A stretch of DNA of 64,000 nt from Balneolaceae bacterium (GTDB lineage Bacteria; Bacteroidota; Rhodothermia; Balneolales; Balneolaceae): the NCBI GenBank assembly GCA_031581145.1, contig JAVLBP010000005.1, positions 17,376-81,375 of the forward strand, written 5' to 3'. A program made the translations under genes and the position numbers. The notes under the pieces are model-generated. The model was not told the origin of the DNA. It ran no database searches and worked only from the letters and a program-made list of their open reading frames with translations. Of the stretch, positions 28,869 to 38,630 are shown piece by piece (the stretch's first letter is position 1; every line of letters starts with the position of its first letter).

Positions 28869-29721
28869 TGACACCAAAACGTTCTCCATGGTGTTCTACA
28901 GATCGCTCAAGCTGAGTCGCACATGCCTCTACTCGCCTTGCTGCTGTCATGGGTGCAAGTTGCTCGCCATGATCTAAAAGCGCACGCGCTTGTTCAAAGA
29001 TGAAGGGGTTGCCAATCGCTCCACGTCCAATCATGACGCCATCCACACCAGTTTCATCAAACATTTTTTTTGCCAATTCTGGCGTGGTTACATCTCCATT
29101 GCCAATCAGAGGAATCGTGAAACCAGGGGTCTCTTTAATTTTGGCCAACCACTCCCATCGTGCATCGCCTTTATACTTTTGATTTCGGGTCCGGGCATGA
29201 ACCGTCAGTGCTTTTACACCAACCTCTTGGAGCATGAGTGCCACTTCTTGAATTTTGATGGAGTCTTCATCCCAGCCAAGACGTGTTTTTACTGTCACAG
29301 GCGTGTCTGGCGAGACCGAAGCAGCAGCGTCTACCACCGTTTTGGCCATCCGCTGCATCATATCCAAATCCCTTAGGCATGCCGCACCTGCCCCTTTGTC
29401 GACAATTTTATACACGGGGCACCCAAAATTGATATCAACGATGTCTGGTTTCCATCGAAGGGCAATTTCGGTAGCTCCCTCCATCGCTTCCTCGCGTCCT
29501 CCAAATAATTGTATACCAAAAGGACGCTCCATCTCCTCAAAATCAAGTTTATGAAGCGCACGATCCACTTCTCGAATGATCGCTTCGCTACTAACAAACT
29601 CAGTGTAAACGACGGATGCACCCGCCTCTCGACACATCTGTCTAAAAGGGGAGTCGGTCACATCCTCCATCGGTGCTAAGAATAATGGTCGCGGTCCTAA
29701 ATCGAGTGTTCCTAGTTTCAT
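28720..29721 (-). CDS. dusB: tRNA-dihydrouridine synthase (DusB-like)
   Basis: 333 aa with LAPMEDVTDSPFR, DINFGCP, VTVKTRLGWD and LTVHARTR, followed by a C-terminal helical domain. Confidence 0.9.
   Translation of the reverse strand: MKLGTLDLGPRPLFLAPMEDVTDSPFRQMCREAGASVVYTEFVSSEAIIREVDRALHKLDFEEMERPFGIQLFGGREEAMEGATEIALRWKPDIVDINFGCPVYKIVDKGAGAACLRDLDMMQRMAKTVVDAAASVSPDTPVTVKTRLGWDEDSIKIQEVALMLQEVGVKALTVHARTRNQKYKGDARWEWLAKIKETPGFTIPLIGNGDVTTPELAKKMFDETGVDGVMIGRGAIGNPFIFEQARALLDHGEQLAPMTAARRVEACATQLERSVEHHGERFGVIMMKKHYGQYLKGIRNSQKLRGEIMQEKEMDPILELLLNFKEEELYAVA
28869..29285. repeat. 417-bp direct repeat, copy 2 (inside intact dusB)
   Basis: See copy 1. The two copies are 415/417 identical by eye. 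Confidence 0.95.
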
Positions 29722-29853
29722 AGACTGGGTTTTTTAATCTACATCGAAACTACGGTTTTTACTCACGATGTGCCATTTCACCCTTGAGGTCGTATATTAT
29801 TCAATTACCGTTAAGTATCCATTTCAAGAATATCTAACCCTCGCTCTTAGATT

Positions 29854-30930
29854 ATGTCACTAAGCCAAGCAGACCTCGAAAAATTCCTCGGCGATGAAGC
29901 TGAGTTTCTTTTAAACCATACGTCCAAGACGATCTCTAAGGATCATATACACCTTCCATCACCTGAGTATGTAGACCAAATTTGGGCAAAGTCAGATCGA
30001 ACACCCCGAGTATTAGCGAATTTACAGCGCCTCCTTGACCACGGTCGTCTGGGTGGCACGGGGTATATGTCCATTTTACCTGTAGATCAAGGTATTGAGC
30101 ACTCTGCAGGGGCTTCGTTTGCAAAAAACCCACTCTATTTTGATCCAGAAAACATTGTCAAGCTTGCCATAGAAGGAGAGTGTAACGCTGTAGCATCAAC
30201 GTTTGGCGTATTACGAAGTGTTGCACGTAGCTATGCTCATAAAATTCCGTTTATTGTGAAGATTAATCACAATGAGCTTCTAACGTATCCAAATACGTTT
30301 GATCAAATCATGTTTGGCACCATTGATCAAGCCTATGACATGGGGGCAGCGGCCATTGGGGCAACGATCTATTTTGGTTCAGAAGAATCCAACCGACAAA
30401 TTGTGGAGGTCGCCGAGGCATTTGCTTACGCCCATGAATTGGGTATGGCGACAATTTTATGGTGTTACACCCGAAATAATGCGTTCAAAGTGGATGGTGT
30501 CGACTATCATACATCGGCAGATCTTACAGGGCAAGCAAACCACATAGGTGTCACAATTGGGGCTGATATCGTTAAACAGAAACAGCCAACAAATAATGGT
30601 GGCTATCAAGCATTGAATTCGGGCAGTTCATCTTACGGGAAATTGGACGAACGAATTTATTCAGAACTCACATCGGATCATCCCATTGATCTGACCCGTT
30701 ATCAAGTGGTTAATAGTTTTATGGGCCGTGCGGGACTGATCAATTCGGGTGGCGCGTCTGGAAGTGATGATTTTGCCGATGCTGTCAAAACAGCGGTTAT
30801 CAACAAGAGAGCTGGCGGTATGGGGCTCATTAGTGGTCGCAAAGCATTCCAACGGCCGATGGATGAAGGAGCCAAGCTTCTACGCACCATCCAGGACGTG
30901 TACTTAACACATGACATTACCATCGCATAA
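29854..30930 (+). CDS. fbaB: Class I fructose-bisphosphate aldolase (FbaB/DhnA type)
   Basis: 358 aa, collinear with E. coli FbaB: [57 protein letters not shown] and [18 protein letters not shown]. Confidence 0.93.
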   Translation: MSLSQADLEKFLGDEAEFLLNHTSKTISKDHIHLPSPEYVDQIWAKSDRTPRVLANLQRLLDHGRLGGTGYMSILPVDQGIEHSAGASFAKNPLYFDPENIVKLAIEGECNAVASTFGVLRSVARSYAHKIPFIVKINHNELLTYPNTFDQIMFGTIDQAYDMGAAAIGATIYFGSEESNRQIVEVAEAFAYAHELGMATILWCYTRNNAFKVDGVDYHTSADLTGQANHIGVTIGADIVKQKQPTNNGGYQALNSGSSSYGKLDERIYSELTSDHPIDLTRYQVVNSFMGRAGLINSGGASGSDDFADAVKTAVINKRAGGMGLISGRKAFQRPMDEGAKLLRTIQDVYLTHDITIA

Positions 30931-31951
30931 GGAGACACCCTCGTCATCTTCTGAGGCAACGACGAGACCTCATATTTCGTGGCGCTACATCGCGGGGTCG
31001 ATGGCACTGAGTGTGGCGGCGATGTCTATTGTCATCGCTATGACCTATACACCTGGGACGTTAGAACATCTCAAACCGAAGCGTTTTCCGGGATTGTTTC
31101 TTGCCCTTGGTGTATCTGCATTAAGAATTTATCTAGGTGCTGCCAGGTTAAAGCTGTTTTCAGACAGGCAGCTCACTTGGCCAGGCGCTTTTCGACTGAT
31201 ACTTTCATGGGATTTTGCCTCCGCAGTGACACCTTCTACCATCGGCGGAGCCCCCGTAGCAACCTATGCTATGACACGGGAAGGGGTGAGTTTAGGGAAG
31301 TCTACCATCGTAATGATGTTTGGGGTATTGCTCGATCACATTTGGTATTCACTGGCGGTGCCTCTTTTGTTCATAACAGGTCTCTATTTTGAGGTCATTC
31401 CAGAGCAAGCAGGTGTCGTGGGTGGGGTGACGATGATGCTGATTTATATTGCCTTGATTGGCTACGGTGGGTTGCTAACGTATGGATTGCTCGTAAACCC
31501 GTCGTCCCTTAAGTCGATTGTGAAGCAGATAGTTCGACTCCCATTACTCCGTCGAGTCAAAGAAAAAGCCCTCGTGGAGGCTGAGAATCTTGAGGCTCAC
31601 TCCAATCAGATTCGCTCTAAACCACCCGTGTATTTTGCCAAAGCCTTTGGGCTGACTCTCGGTATGTGGCTCTGCCGCATTGCATTGCCTGTCATTGTAA
31701 TCTTAAGTCTACTGCCCGCTCAAGAAGTATTGCTGGTGTTGCGGAGTTTGGCAATGCATCTGTCATTTGTGGCAGTACCTACCCCGGGTGGATCTGGTGG
31801 TGTCGAAGGCTTGTTTGTTCTGTTTCTGGGCCCATTAATTGATCGCGCAGCGTTTATAGGGCTCGCTGTATTTCTATGGAGAATGATAAGCTACTACATC
31901 AGCATAGGCATGGGAATGTTTGCCTTTAGCTGGTATGCTCGAAAGGTGTAA
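30911..31951 (+). CDS. UPF0104 / lysylphosphatidylglycerol-synthase-TM-region (flippase-like) membrane protein
   Basis: 346 aa with about 8 TM helices and the family-typical motif [11 protein letters not shown]. The start overlaps the fbaB end by 20 nt, and an alternative internal start is possible. Confidence 0.78.
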   Translation: MTLPSHKETPSSSSEATTRPHISWRYIAGSMALSVAAMSIVIAMTYTPGTLEHLKPKRFPGLFLALGVSALRIYLGAARLKLFSDRQLTWPGAFRLILSWDFASAVTPSTIGGAPVATYAMTREGVSLGKSTIVMMFGVLLDHIWYSLAVPLLFITGLYFEVIPEQAGVVGGVTMMLIYIALIGYGGLLTYGLLVNPSSLKSIVKQIVRLPLLRRVKEKALVEAENLEAHSNQIRSKPPVYFAKAFGLTLGMWLCRIALPVIVILSLLPAQEVLLVLRSLAMHLSFVAVPTPGGSGGVEGLFVLFLGPLIDRAAFIGLAVFLWRMISYYISIGMGMFAFSWYARKV

Positions 31952-32020
31952 GTGTACGTTCTACCCTTAGGTTGGCTGAACATTGTCTACCAACCCTTTT
32001 ACAGTGTCGTAAAGGTAGTC

Positions 32021-32215
32021 TTAGTAATTGTCTCGAGTACGACGACGCTGCTCACGGACACTCTTCTTGAGTGATTCGCGACGAGCTTCGGAAGGCTTGG
32101 TGAATTCTTGACGATCACGATATTCGTTAAGAACTCTTGAGCGTGTCATCATTTTCTTAAAACGATTGATGGCACGTTCTATATTTTCGCCGTCTTTGAT
32201 ATTGACTCCATTCAT
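32021..32215 (-). CDS. rpsU: 30S ribosomal protein S21
   Basis: 64 aa, basic: IERAINRFKKMMTRSRVLNEYRDRQEFTKPSEARR. Confidence 0.95.
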   Translation of the reverse strand: MNGVNIKDGENIERAINRFKKMMTRSRVLNEYRDRQEFTKPSEARRESLKKSVREQRRRTRDNY

Positions 32216-32397
32216 GGAAACAATGTCTAGGGTTATATTGCTAATTTATGCTACCGTTGAGATGCATAGTGTTTTCCGACAAGCAAAGTGACATGAGTTC
32301 AAATTGCTGGACACCATATCTCTGACAGCATTACATAATAAGGGTATTTTCTGTTAATATCTAGCGCGACTCGAGCTTTCAAAATAGGAAAGCTAGA

Positions 32398-33282
32398 TTA
32401 TAGGGATTCACCTTCAATTCCAATCCCTAGGAAGGCATAATCGTATTTCACAGGATCATGAGGATCCAAATAGCGAAGTACTGCGGTCAATTGCTCCACT
32501 GCTAGAGCGTCATTGGCTTTTCTTTTCAGAAGACCGAGGCGTCTAGATTGCCTTCCAACATGAACATCAAGTGGGATGCGTAGTTGTGATGGGGAGATAA
32601 ATCCCCACTGCCCCAAATCTACAGGCCCACTTGAGCGCACCATCCACCTTAAAAACATCCAAAGTCGTTTTGACGCGGTTTTAGATTCTGGTGTCGAAAT
32701 GTGCCGACTCGTACGTTTTGGAAAGGGCTCGGCTGCAGCTCGAAAACGCCGTTGAAACTCACTCATGAGGTCCACTGGATTCTGTCCAACAGCGTCAAAA
32801 CACTCTTTCCAGGTGTCCTCAAACGATCCCCCTTTGTGAAGTAATCCTTTGAGCCCCCGCAAAAATGTCACGATATCAATCACATTAAATGTTCGGTGTC
32901 TAAATGAAGAAAACCATTGCGTCCATTGTTCCTCATTGGTGTGACGCAAGGTTTCGGCAGGGTGAGGGCCCAAAGCCTCCAAAAGCTGCAACGTTTTTTG
33001 AATCACAATCTCTCGACGTCCCCAAGCCATCATCGCAGCTAGAAAAGCCACAATTTCACGATCCGCAGGATGGTCATACCCTAAAACAACTCCGATTGGG
33101 TCGTTTTCGATATAGCGTGGCTCCTCGAATCGAGCAGCATGTTCATCTAACCAAGGCTTCAAAGCGTCCAGCTTGGGCTTACTCAGCGCACAATAGCCTG
33201 AAATTTCCCGAAATGCAGCTCGTGATGGCGTCCAAGCCTCATTAGACTCGTGAGCTTTAAAGGGGGGAGGCGTATTGGTCAT
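32398..33282 (-). CDS. Conserved hypothetical protein, TIGR02757/DUF2400-like
   Basis: 294 aa. DPIGVVLGYDHPADREIVAFLAAMMAWGRREIVI resembles the remembered DUF2400 N-terminal block. The family assignment is unverified. Confidence 0.55.
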   Translation of the reverse strand: MTNTPPPFKAHESNEAWTPSRAAFREISGYCALSKPKLDALKPWLDEHAARFEEPRYIENDPIGVVLGYDHPADREIVAFLAAMMAWGRREIVIQKTLQLLEALGPHPAETLRHTNEEQWTQWFSSFRHRTFNVIDIVTFLRGLKGLLHKGGSFEDTWKECFDAVGQNPVDLMSEFQRRFRAAAEPFPKRTSRHISTPESKTASKRLWMFLRWMVRSSGPVDLGQWGFISPSQLRIPLDVHVGRQSRRLGLLKRKANDALAVEQLTAVLRYLDPHDPVKYDYAFLGIGIEGESL

Positions 33283-33328
33283 AGGTTGTGAATCTACCGA
33301 TCCAAAAATGAGGTTTCATTGCAGCCTA

Positions 33329-34399
33329 CTATTGTTGAAGAGACTCAACGATTGTTTTGTTGGCTTTGGGGAATGGGTAATCGTCAAGTTCACGAGGAGG
33401 GACCCATCGCAGCTCTTCATGGACATGTGCCACAGCTTCTTGATCCTTTCTCGCCAGCCGACACTCGTACACATGAAGGGTCACTTTGAAGTGTGAATAG
33501 GCGTGAGGCACATCCAACATTGAACCCATGACCTCGATATCAAGTCCCAGTTCTTCAAGAATCTCCCTCTTTACTGTGTCTTCAATCGATTCATCAGGCT
33601 CCTGCTTGCCTCCAGGAAATTCCCATAATCCTCCCAACATTTGGTCACTGCGCCGTCGACCAATCAAGACATCCCCTTGGCCATTTTTAATCACAGCGAC
33701 TCCAATCGGGTAATGCGGGACTTTCTTGGCTGGCGACTTGTAGGGAATTGAGGCAGTGCGAGTTGTTGCAAAGGCTATACATTGCGCTGATAATGGACAA
33801 ACCTCGCATCTCGGCTTTATCGGCGAACAAAGGGTCGCCCCCAACTCCATCATGGCTTGATTGAAATCCCCTGGCCTGTGAGGATCGATCACAGAATCCA
33901 TCCACGATTGGATTTGACGATGTGTTGACCCTTTACGGATATCATCTTCAATTCCCAGGTAGCGCGATGCGACTCGAAGTACGTTACCATCCACAACACC
34001 TTTTGGGATGCCAAAGGCAATGCTAGCAATGGCAGCGGACGTGTATGCACCAATACCTTTTAAGCTCAAAATCGAGGGTAAATCGTGAGGAAACTCCCCA
34101 TTAAACTGATCCATCACAATGTTAGCGGAGGCATGAAGATGCCTAGCACGCCGATAATACCCAAGACCTTCCCAACATTTAAGGACCTCCTGTTCGCTGG
34201 CATTAGCCAACGCCTCAATGGTAGGAAAGGCTTGCATCCAACGTTGATAATATCCAATGACTGTGTCCACACGTGTTTGCTGACACATGATTTCTGAGAC
34301 CCAAATCGAATAAGGGTCCTTCGTTTGACGCCATGGAAGGTCACGGCCATGATGTTGGTACCACGAAAGGAACCTACTAGAGGGAAACTCAGCGATCAT
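33329..34399 (-). CDS. mutY: A/G-specific adenine DNA glycosylase
   Basis: 356 aa with LPWRQTKDPYSIWVSEIMCQQT, an HhH-GPD domain, the 4Fe-4S cluster loop CSPIKPRCEVCPLSAQC and a C-terminal NUDIX-like domain (GLWEFPGGK). Confidence 0.93.
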   Translation of the reverse strand: MIAEFPSSRFLSWYQHHGRDLPWRQTKDPYSIWVSEIMCQQTRVDTVIGYYQRWMQAFPTIEALANASEQEVLKCWEGLGYYRRARHLHASANIVMDQFNGEFPHDLPSILSLKGIGAYTSAAIASIAFGIPKGVVDGNVLRVASRYLGIEDDIRKGSTHRQIQSWMDSVIDPHRPGDFNQAMMELGATLCSPIKPRCEVCPLSAQCIAFATTRTASIPYKSPAKKVPHYPIGVAVIKNGQGDVLIGRRRSDQMLGGLWEFPGGKQEPDESIEDTVKREILEELGLDIEVMGSMLDVPHAYSHFKVTLHVYECRLARKDQEAVAHVHEELRWVPPRELDDYPFPKANKTIVESLQQ

Positions 34400-36284
34400 C
34401 TTGACTCAATGATGCAGCTTCAGCGTCCACAGAAACGACGTTTAACTCTACGTTTTGAACAGAGGCTGTTCCATATTGGTCTTTAGCGACAATCTGAAAT
34501 CTGACGAGACCCATTTGCTCAGATGAGGGGGTCCACTCAAATACACCGGTTTCGCGATCGAGTGTAGCCCCTTTCGGAAGATTTTGAGCTCTGTAATCCA
34601 ATAGCTCACCATCCAATCCATCGGGATCTAGCGCAAAAAACTGCGTCGTAAAAAACTCCTCAGCTGGGACGGTCATGGCGCGTGTGGGTGCAAATCTAGG
34701 AGGCGCATTAAATGGCCTCACATTGACCCTAAACTCCTGAGTTTGAACGCGCCCATCCGTTGTGGTCGCCAACACAGTAAACGTATGCTCACCCACATCA
34801 TTTGATGATGGCGTCCAAAGAAAGGATCGGCCCCGAATTTGGGCAGCCTCAATATTTGATAATAGTGTAAGCTGAACAGCCTGAGTACTCACCGATGTGG
34901 TAAATGAGATGGGTAAAATTACCGATTGTGGTAGTGGTACCGTGACTGAGGGGATGGGGTGTAAGCTAAACGTTCCCGATGAGGGATCACGTTGTTGATC
35001 TTTGGGGTCTAACGCTTGCCCGCCCTCAGATGTAATCACTTGTTCCTTCTGCTCTACCTCAAGCGTAGCCGCCTGGAGACGATCATACTGGGCAAGGAAA
35101 AGCCCTGGATTTACCAGTCCATCGTTGGACTGTCTACTTACCAGTCTATCATTGGACTGTCTACTTACCAGTCTATCATTAGACTGTCTACTTACCAGTC
35201 TATCATTGGACTGTTGACTAAACTCAGCAATGTAATTCCCTCCGCCAACATCACTACGCACTTGTTGAAATCCTTCCTCAAGTGATCCTGCCCAAAGAAG
35301 CCCAGTTTTTGTGCGCACTACCAAACGATTGCCGACAGCATGGACGTCCGAGAGTTGACCATCAAGTTGAACCCAAAAAAACGGCTTCCCTTCATCAGAC
35401 ACACTCACGAGGCGCTCAGTTCCTGAGGCAAACAAGCCCATGGTCTGCACCCAATGAAGATCTTGAAAGGTTCCTTCTACAGTGAATCTATTCTCGATAA
35501 TGGGGTCCTTGTCCGCACTTGGAGGATCTACAATATGAACGAGCGTTGTTGTGCTATCTTGCTTCGAGCATGACATCAGAGCAAACAAATGAGCATGTCC
35601 GTTAGAGGTCACATCTTGTACTTGGCACCCTTCTGTTGCATCGCGAAATGTAATCTCCGGCGTTGAATCGACAGTTTCAGGGGATTCAAGTGATAACGTC
35701 CCCAGTCCAAGACTTGGAAACGCTATCCACAAGGTTTGATGCGTTCGCGCAACGGACGTAAAAGGTTCATTGAACCGAGTCGATGAATAGACGCCGAGTA
35801 CAGATGTTGGTTCCAAAACTGTAAGTTGGTTTCGCTCTCCTTTGATATATCCAAATCGGTCATCAGCAAACAACGTTGATCCACGTTTTTGCATCCCCGT
35901 TGCAGAGTAAAGCCAATCAAGCCCCGTCTCTTTTTTTCGAAACACAACCAATCCATCACGCTCAGACATCACGTAAAGGTGAAATGTAGAGCTTACCATA
36001 TCCACAATTTCCGGGATTTCTAGCGTCGTCGCACGGTCTTCGACCAAACGAATCGTTTCACTCACGCCTACTCGTACGTTAGCATCCTGCTCGCCCTGAT
36101 TCGAAGAGGGTTGTTGCGTAGAGTCAGCAGATTGTCCAAGAGCCACCCCCCAACATAATGGCCAAACAACCATGATGACCCCCCAAGCCACCAAAACAGG
36201 TGCATGACGACGCAAAAGCTCACCTGAGCTTGAACTCTTTATAAACCATCTAATTAAGACATCCATTTGTGCTTTCTGTACCAT
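34389..36284 (-). CDS. Secreted repeat protein with C-terminal cadherin-like/Ig-like domains
   Basis: 631 aa with a signal/TM segment (APVLVAWGVIMVVWPLCWGVALG), a central SNDRLVSRQ x3-4 tandem repeat, and two C-terminal Ig/cadherin-like modules (FLWTPSSNDVGEHTF..., GVFEWTPSSEQMG...). The stop overlaps the mutY start by 11 nt. Confidence 0.75.
   Translation of the reverse strand: MVQKAQMDVLIRWFIKSSSSGELLRRHAPVLVAWGVIMVVWPLCWGVALGQSADSTQQPSSNQGEQDANVRVGVSETIRLVEDRATTLEIPEIVDMVSSTFHLYVMSERDGLVVFRKKETGLDWLYSATGMQKRGSTLFADDRFGYIKGERNQLTVLEPTSVLGVYSSTRFNEPFTSVARTHQTLWIAFPSLGLGTLSLESPETVDSTPEITFRDATEGCQVQDVTSNGHAHLFALMSCSKQDSTTTLVHIVDPPSADKDPIIENRFTVEGTFQDLHWVQTMGLFASGTERLVSVSDEGKPFFWVQLDGQLSDVHAVGNRLVVRTKTGLLWAGSLEEGFQQVRSDVGGGNYIAEFSQQSNDRLVSRQSNDRLVSRQSNDRLVSRQSNDGLVNPGLFLAQYDRLQAATLEVEQKEQVITSEGGQALDPKDQQRDPSSGTFSLHPIPSVTVPLPQSVILPISFTTSVSTQAVQLTLLSNIEAAQIRGRSFLWTPSSNDVGEHTFTVLATTTDGRVQTQEFRVNVRPFNAPPRFAPTRAMTVPAEEFFTTQFFALDPDGLDGELLDYRAQNLPKGATLDRETGVFEWTPSSEQMGLVRFQIVAKDQYGTASVQNVELNVVSVDAEAASLSQDDR
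35114..35221. repeat. 27-nt in-frame tandem repeat x4
   Basis: Unit ccagtctatcattggactgtctactta at 35114..35140, 35141..35167, 35168..35194 and 35195..35221. The first copy has 2 substitutions, the third has 1, and the last is degenerate at its end. On the minus strand it encodes SNDRLVSRQ. Confidence 0.92.
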
Positions 36285-37246
36285 GTTACAGTGTCCATGA
36301 CGCCATCTTGTAGATCCATTGCCGGTTGATAATTGAAGGTAGAGGTAGCTTTATCATGACTACACACCCACTCAAGACTCAGTTCATTTGCTTTTTCTCG
36401 ATTCAACATCGGTGACTGACCTAACGCGCCACCCACGGTTTCCAGTATAGTGCCCAAGCTTCGCAAAACAAAGGGTGCGATGGGTACAACAACGGTTGAG
36501 TGACCTATCGCACGTTGAGTCGCGTCAATCAACTCGCCCCATTTCACAGGAGTGGGCCCACTCAGTAAAAAGAAGTCTGACTCACCGGCTCCTACATCTT
36601 TTTTGGCCATTTTCGCAGCCTGAGCAATCCCACTCACGAGATCCCGAACATGCACGATTGAAAACATCCCCTCCTTTGATTGACCGAGTAGTGGTGACAC
36701 CCTCAAACTACCCGCTTTAAAAAATTGAAAAATATGTTCTTCTCGGGGCCCGTACACTGCAGGTGGGCGAATCACAATTAATCGTGAAGATCCCAAGTCT
36801 AGATGACTTAAAGCCTCTTCCATCCGTTTTTTGGATTCACCATACATGGAGACTGGACGTGCGGTGGCATCATCACGAACCGCGACACCTCCTGTCGAGG
36901 GACCAAGCGCAGCGAGGGAGGAGAGTACCACAATGGTTTCCACCCCTTGGTGAATCGCTTCCTGCACCAGCTCGACCGTGGACTGAACGTTCACCCGATC
37001 TAATTCCTCTTGTGACGACCCGCTAAGCATAGCTGCGCAGTGAATGAACGTATCGACCTCGGCAAGTGAATCACGAAGCGTTTCAACCGCCCGGACATCC
37101 CCTTCAACAAAGGTTACAGGCTGTCCTTCGAGCCACTTTTTACGATGCCGAATGAGCGCAGTCACATCCACTCCAAGGTCGATGAGATGCTCAACCAGAT
37201 GGCTGCCAATAAAGCCCGTACCTCCAGTAACAAAGGCTTTCTTCAT
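36254..37246 (-). CDS. NAD-dependent epimerase/dehydratase-family (extended SDR) protein
   Basis: 330 aa with an N-terminal TGGTGFIGSHLV Rossmann motif and YGESK (YxxxK). The 3' end overlaps the start of 34389..36284 by 31 nt. Confidence 0.88.
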   Translation of the reverse strand: MKKAFVTGGTGFIGSHLVEHLIDLGVDVTALIRHRKKWLEGQPVTFVEGDVRAVETLRDSLAEVDTFIHCAAMLSGSSQEELDRVNVQSTVELVQEAIHQGVETIVVLSSLAALGPSTGGVAVRDDATARPVSMYGESKKRMEEALSHLDLGSSRLIVIRPPAVYGPREEHIFQFFKAGSLRVSPLLGQSKEGMFSIVHVRDLVSGIAQAAKMAKKDVGAGESDFFLLSGPTPVKWGELIDATQRAIGHSTVVVPIAPFVLRSLGTILETVGGALGQSPMLNREKANELSLEWVCSHDKATSTFNYQPAMDLQDGVMDTVTWYRKHKWMS

Positions 37247-37451
37247 GAATCGTTATATTCTTAGCGGTAATTTTAGACGGAAGATACAGTGAATCTATCA
37301 CTCGTGGGCTCATTCTGCGCATAGAAAGAATTAAGAAAGATGTTAGAAGAAGATTCCATCAGAAGATTTTTTTGAAAAAATTTCTTGAAAAGATTCCACA
37401 CCGCAACTCAATCATTGTATTCCCTAGTCAGACCCTAATCTCAGCGTTTTC

Positions 37452-38630
37452 ATGCCTCCAATCAAAGTAGCACTGGCGACGGGAAATTACCATCACATCC
37501 GAGATGGGGTCTCCATTACCTTAAATCGTTGGGTTCAGTTTTTGCTGGACAACGGTGTTGATGTGCGAATCTTTGCCCCAACGGTCGAGCACCCACAGAT
37601 GGACGCTCCAGGTACCATGGTTCCTGTGCCTTCTGTCCCCATCCCATTTCGCCCAGAGTATCGTTTATCGATAGGTCTGTCGAAAACTGCACAACGCGAA
37701 TTGGAAGCCTTTGATCCTGACATTATCCAAATTGCAACGCCAGATCGATTGGGATTTGCCATGCTCAAATGGGGCAAAACGCACAAGAAGCCTGTTGCGG
37801 CTTCCTATCACACCAATTTTGTGTCTTACCTCTCATATTATGGTGTGGATTGGTTAACAAATTGGGTCCGCAAAACGTCTAATAGATTCTATAATCGGTG
37901 TGATCGAGTGTTTGTCCCCACCCAATCAATGCAAGATGAATTGCGTCGCCAAGGGGTCGAGTCTCACAGACTCGCTCGTTGGTCTCGCGGCGTGGACACC
38001 TCGCTATTTTCTCCGGATAAACGTGATCAGTCATGGCGCAAAGCGCACCAAATCCCTGAGCATGCAATTGTGTGCTCATACGTTTCTCGCCTAGTTGCTG
38101 AAAAAAACACAGCGCTATTTTGTGCATGGATGAATCACTTAGATCGACGACTTGCGCGCCATGCTTCAGCTGAGTCCACTCCCACAAAGCTCTCGATCTG
38201 CATTGTTGGAGAGGGGCCAACGCAAGAGGCGATGCAAAAGGCATGCCCCAACGCGCACTTTTTTGGCACGTTAACTGGTTCAGATCTTGCTGAGGTGTAT
38301 GCAAATTCGGATCTATTTGTATTCCCTTCGATATCTGAAACCTTTGGCAACGTTACCCTTGAAGCGATGGCCAGTGGTGTGGTCCCTGTGGTCGCAGAAT
38401 CCCCAGGAAGCTCCTCACTTGTGAAGGACAATGTGAATGGGTGTGTAATACCTTCGGATAAACTGCACGATGAACAATGGGTGACAGACGTCCTGCTAAC
38501 CTTGGCTACGGATCCTCCAAAACGTCAAGCTCTGGCAAAGGTAGCCCGCAAGGATGCGGAATCCTTTGATAGCATCGCGATTCAAAAAGCGTTTTTAAAT
38601 GAGCTAACCGATATGACAGATCATGGCTGA
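37452..38630 (+). CDS. Glycosyltransferase family 4 (GT-B, GT1-Pfam type)
   Basis: 392 aa with the C-terminal retaining-GT motif FVFPSISETFGNVTLEAMASGVPVV (E-x7-E). Confidence 0.88.
   Translation: MPPIKVALATGNYHHIRDGVSITLNRWVQFLLDNGVDVRIFAPTVEHPQMDAPGTMVPVPSVPIPFRPEYRLSIGLSKTAQRELEAFDPDIIQIATPDRLGFAMLKWGKTHKKPVAASYHTNFVSYLSYYGVDWLTNWVRKTSNRFYNRCDRVFVPTQSMQDELRRQGVESHRLARWSRGVDTSLFSPDKRDQSWRKAHQIPEHAIVCSYVSRLVAEKNTALFCAWMNHLDRRLARHASAESTPTKLSICIVGEGPTQEAMQKACPNAHFFGTLTGSDLAEVYANSDLFVFPSISETFGNVTLEAMASGVVPVVAESPGSSSLVKDNVNGCVIPSDKLHDEQWVTDVLLTLATDPPKRQALAKVARKDAESFDSIAIQKAFLNELTDMTDHG

Noticed and set aside
25711-29285. The 417-bp repeats as ends of a transposon, IS element or integrative element
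   Set aside because: The repeats are direct, not inverted, and they are coding sequence of dus. No transposase, integrase or recombinase ORF lies between or beside them. I therefore treat this as a homologous-recombination footprint, or possibly an assembly issue, rather than a mobile element call.
35002-35285. Plus-strand ORFs 35002..35217 and 35016..35285 with repeated peptides
   Set aside because: They are artefacts of reading the 27-nt tandem repeat on the opposite strand. They lie wholly inside the 631-aa minus-strand gene.
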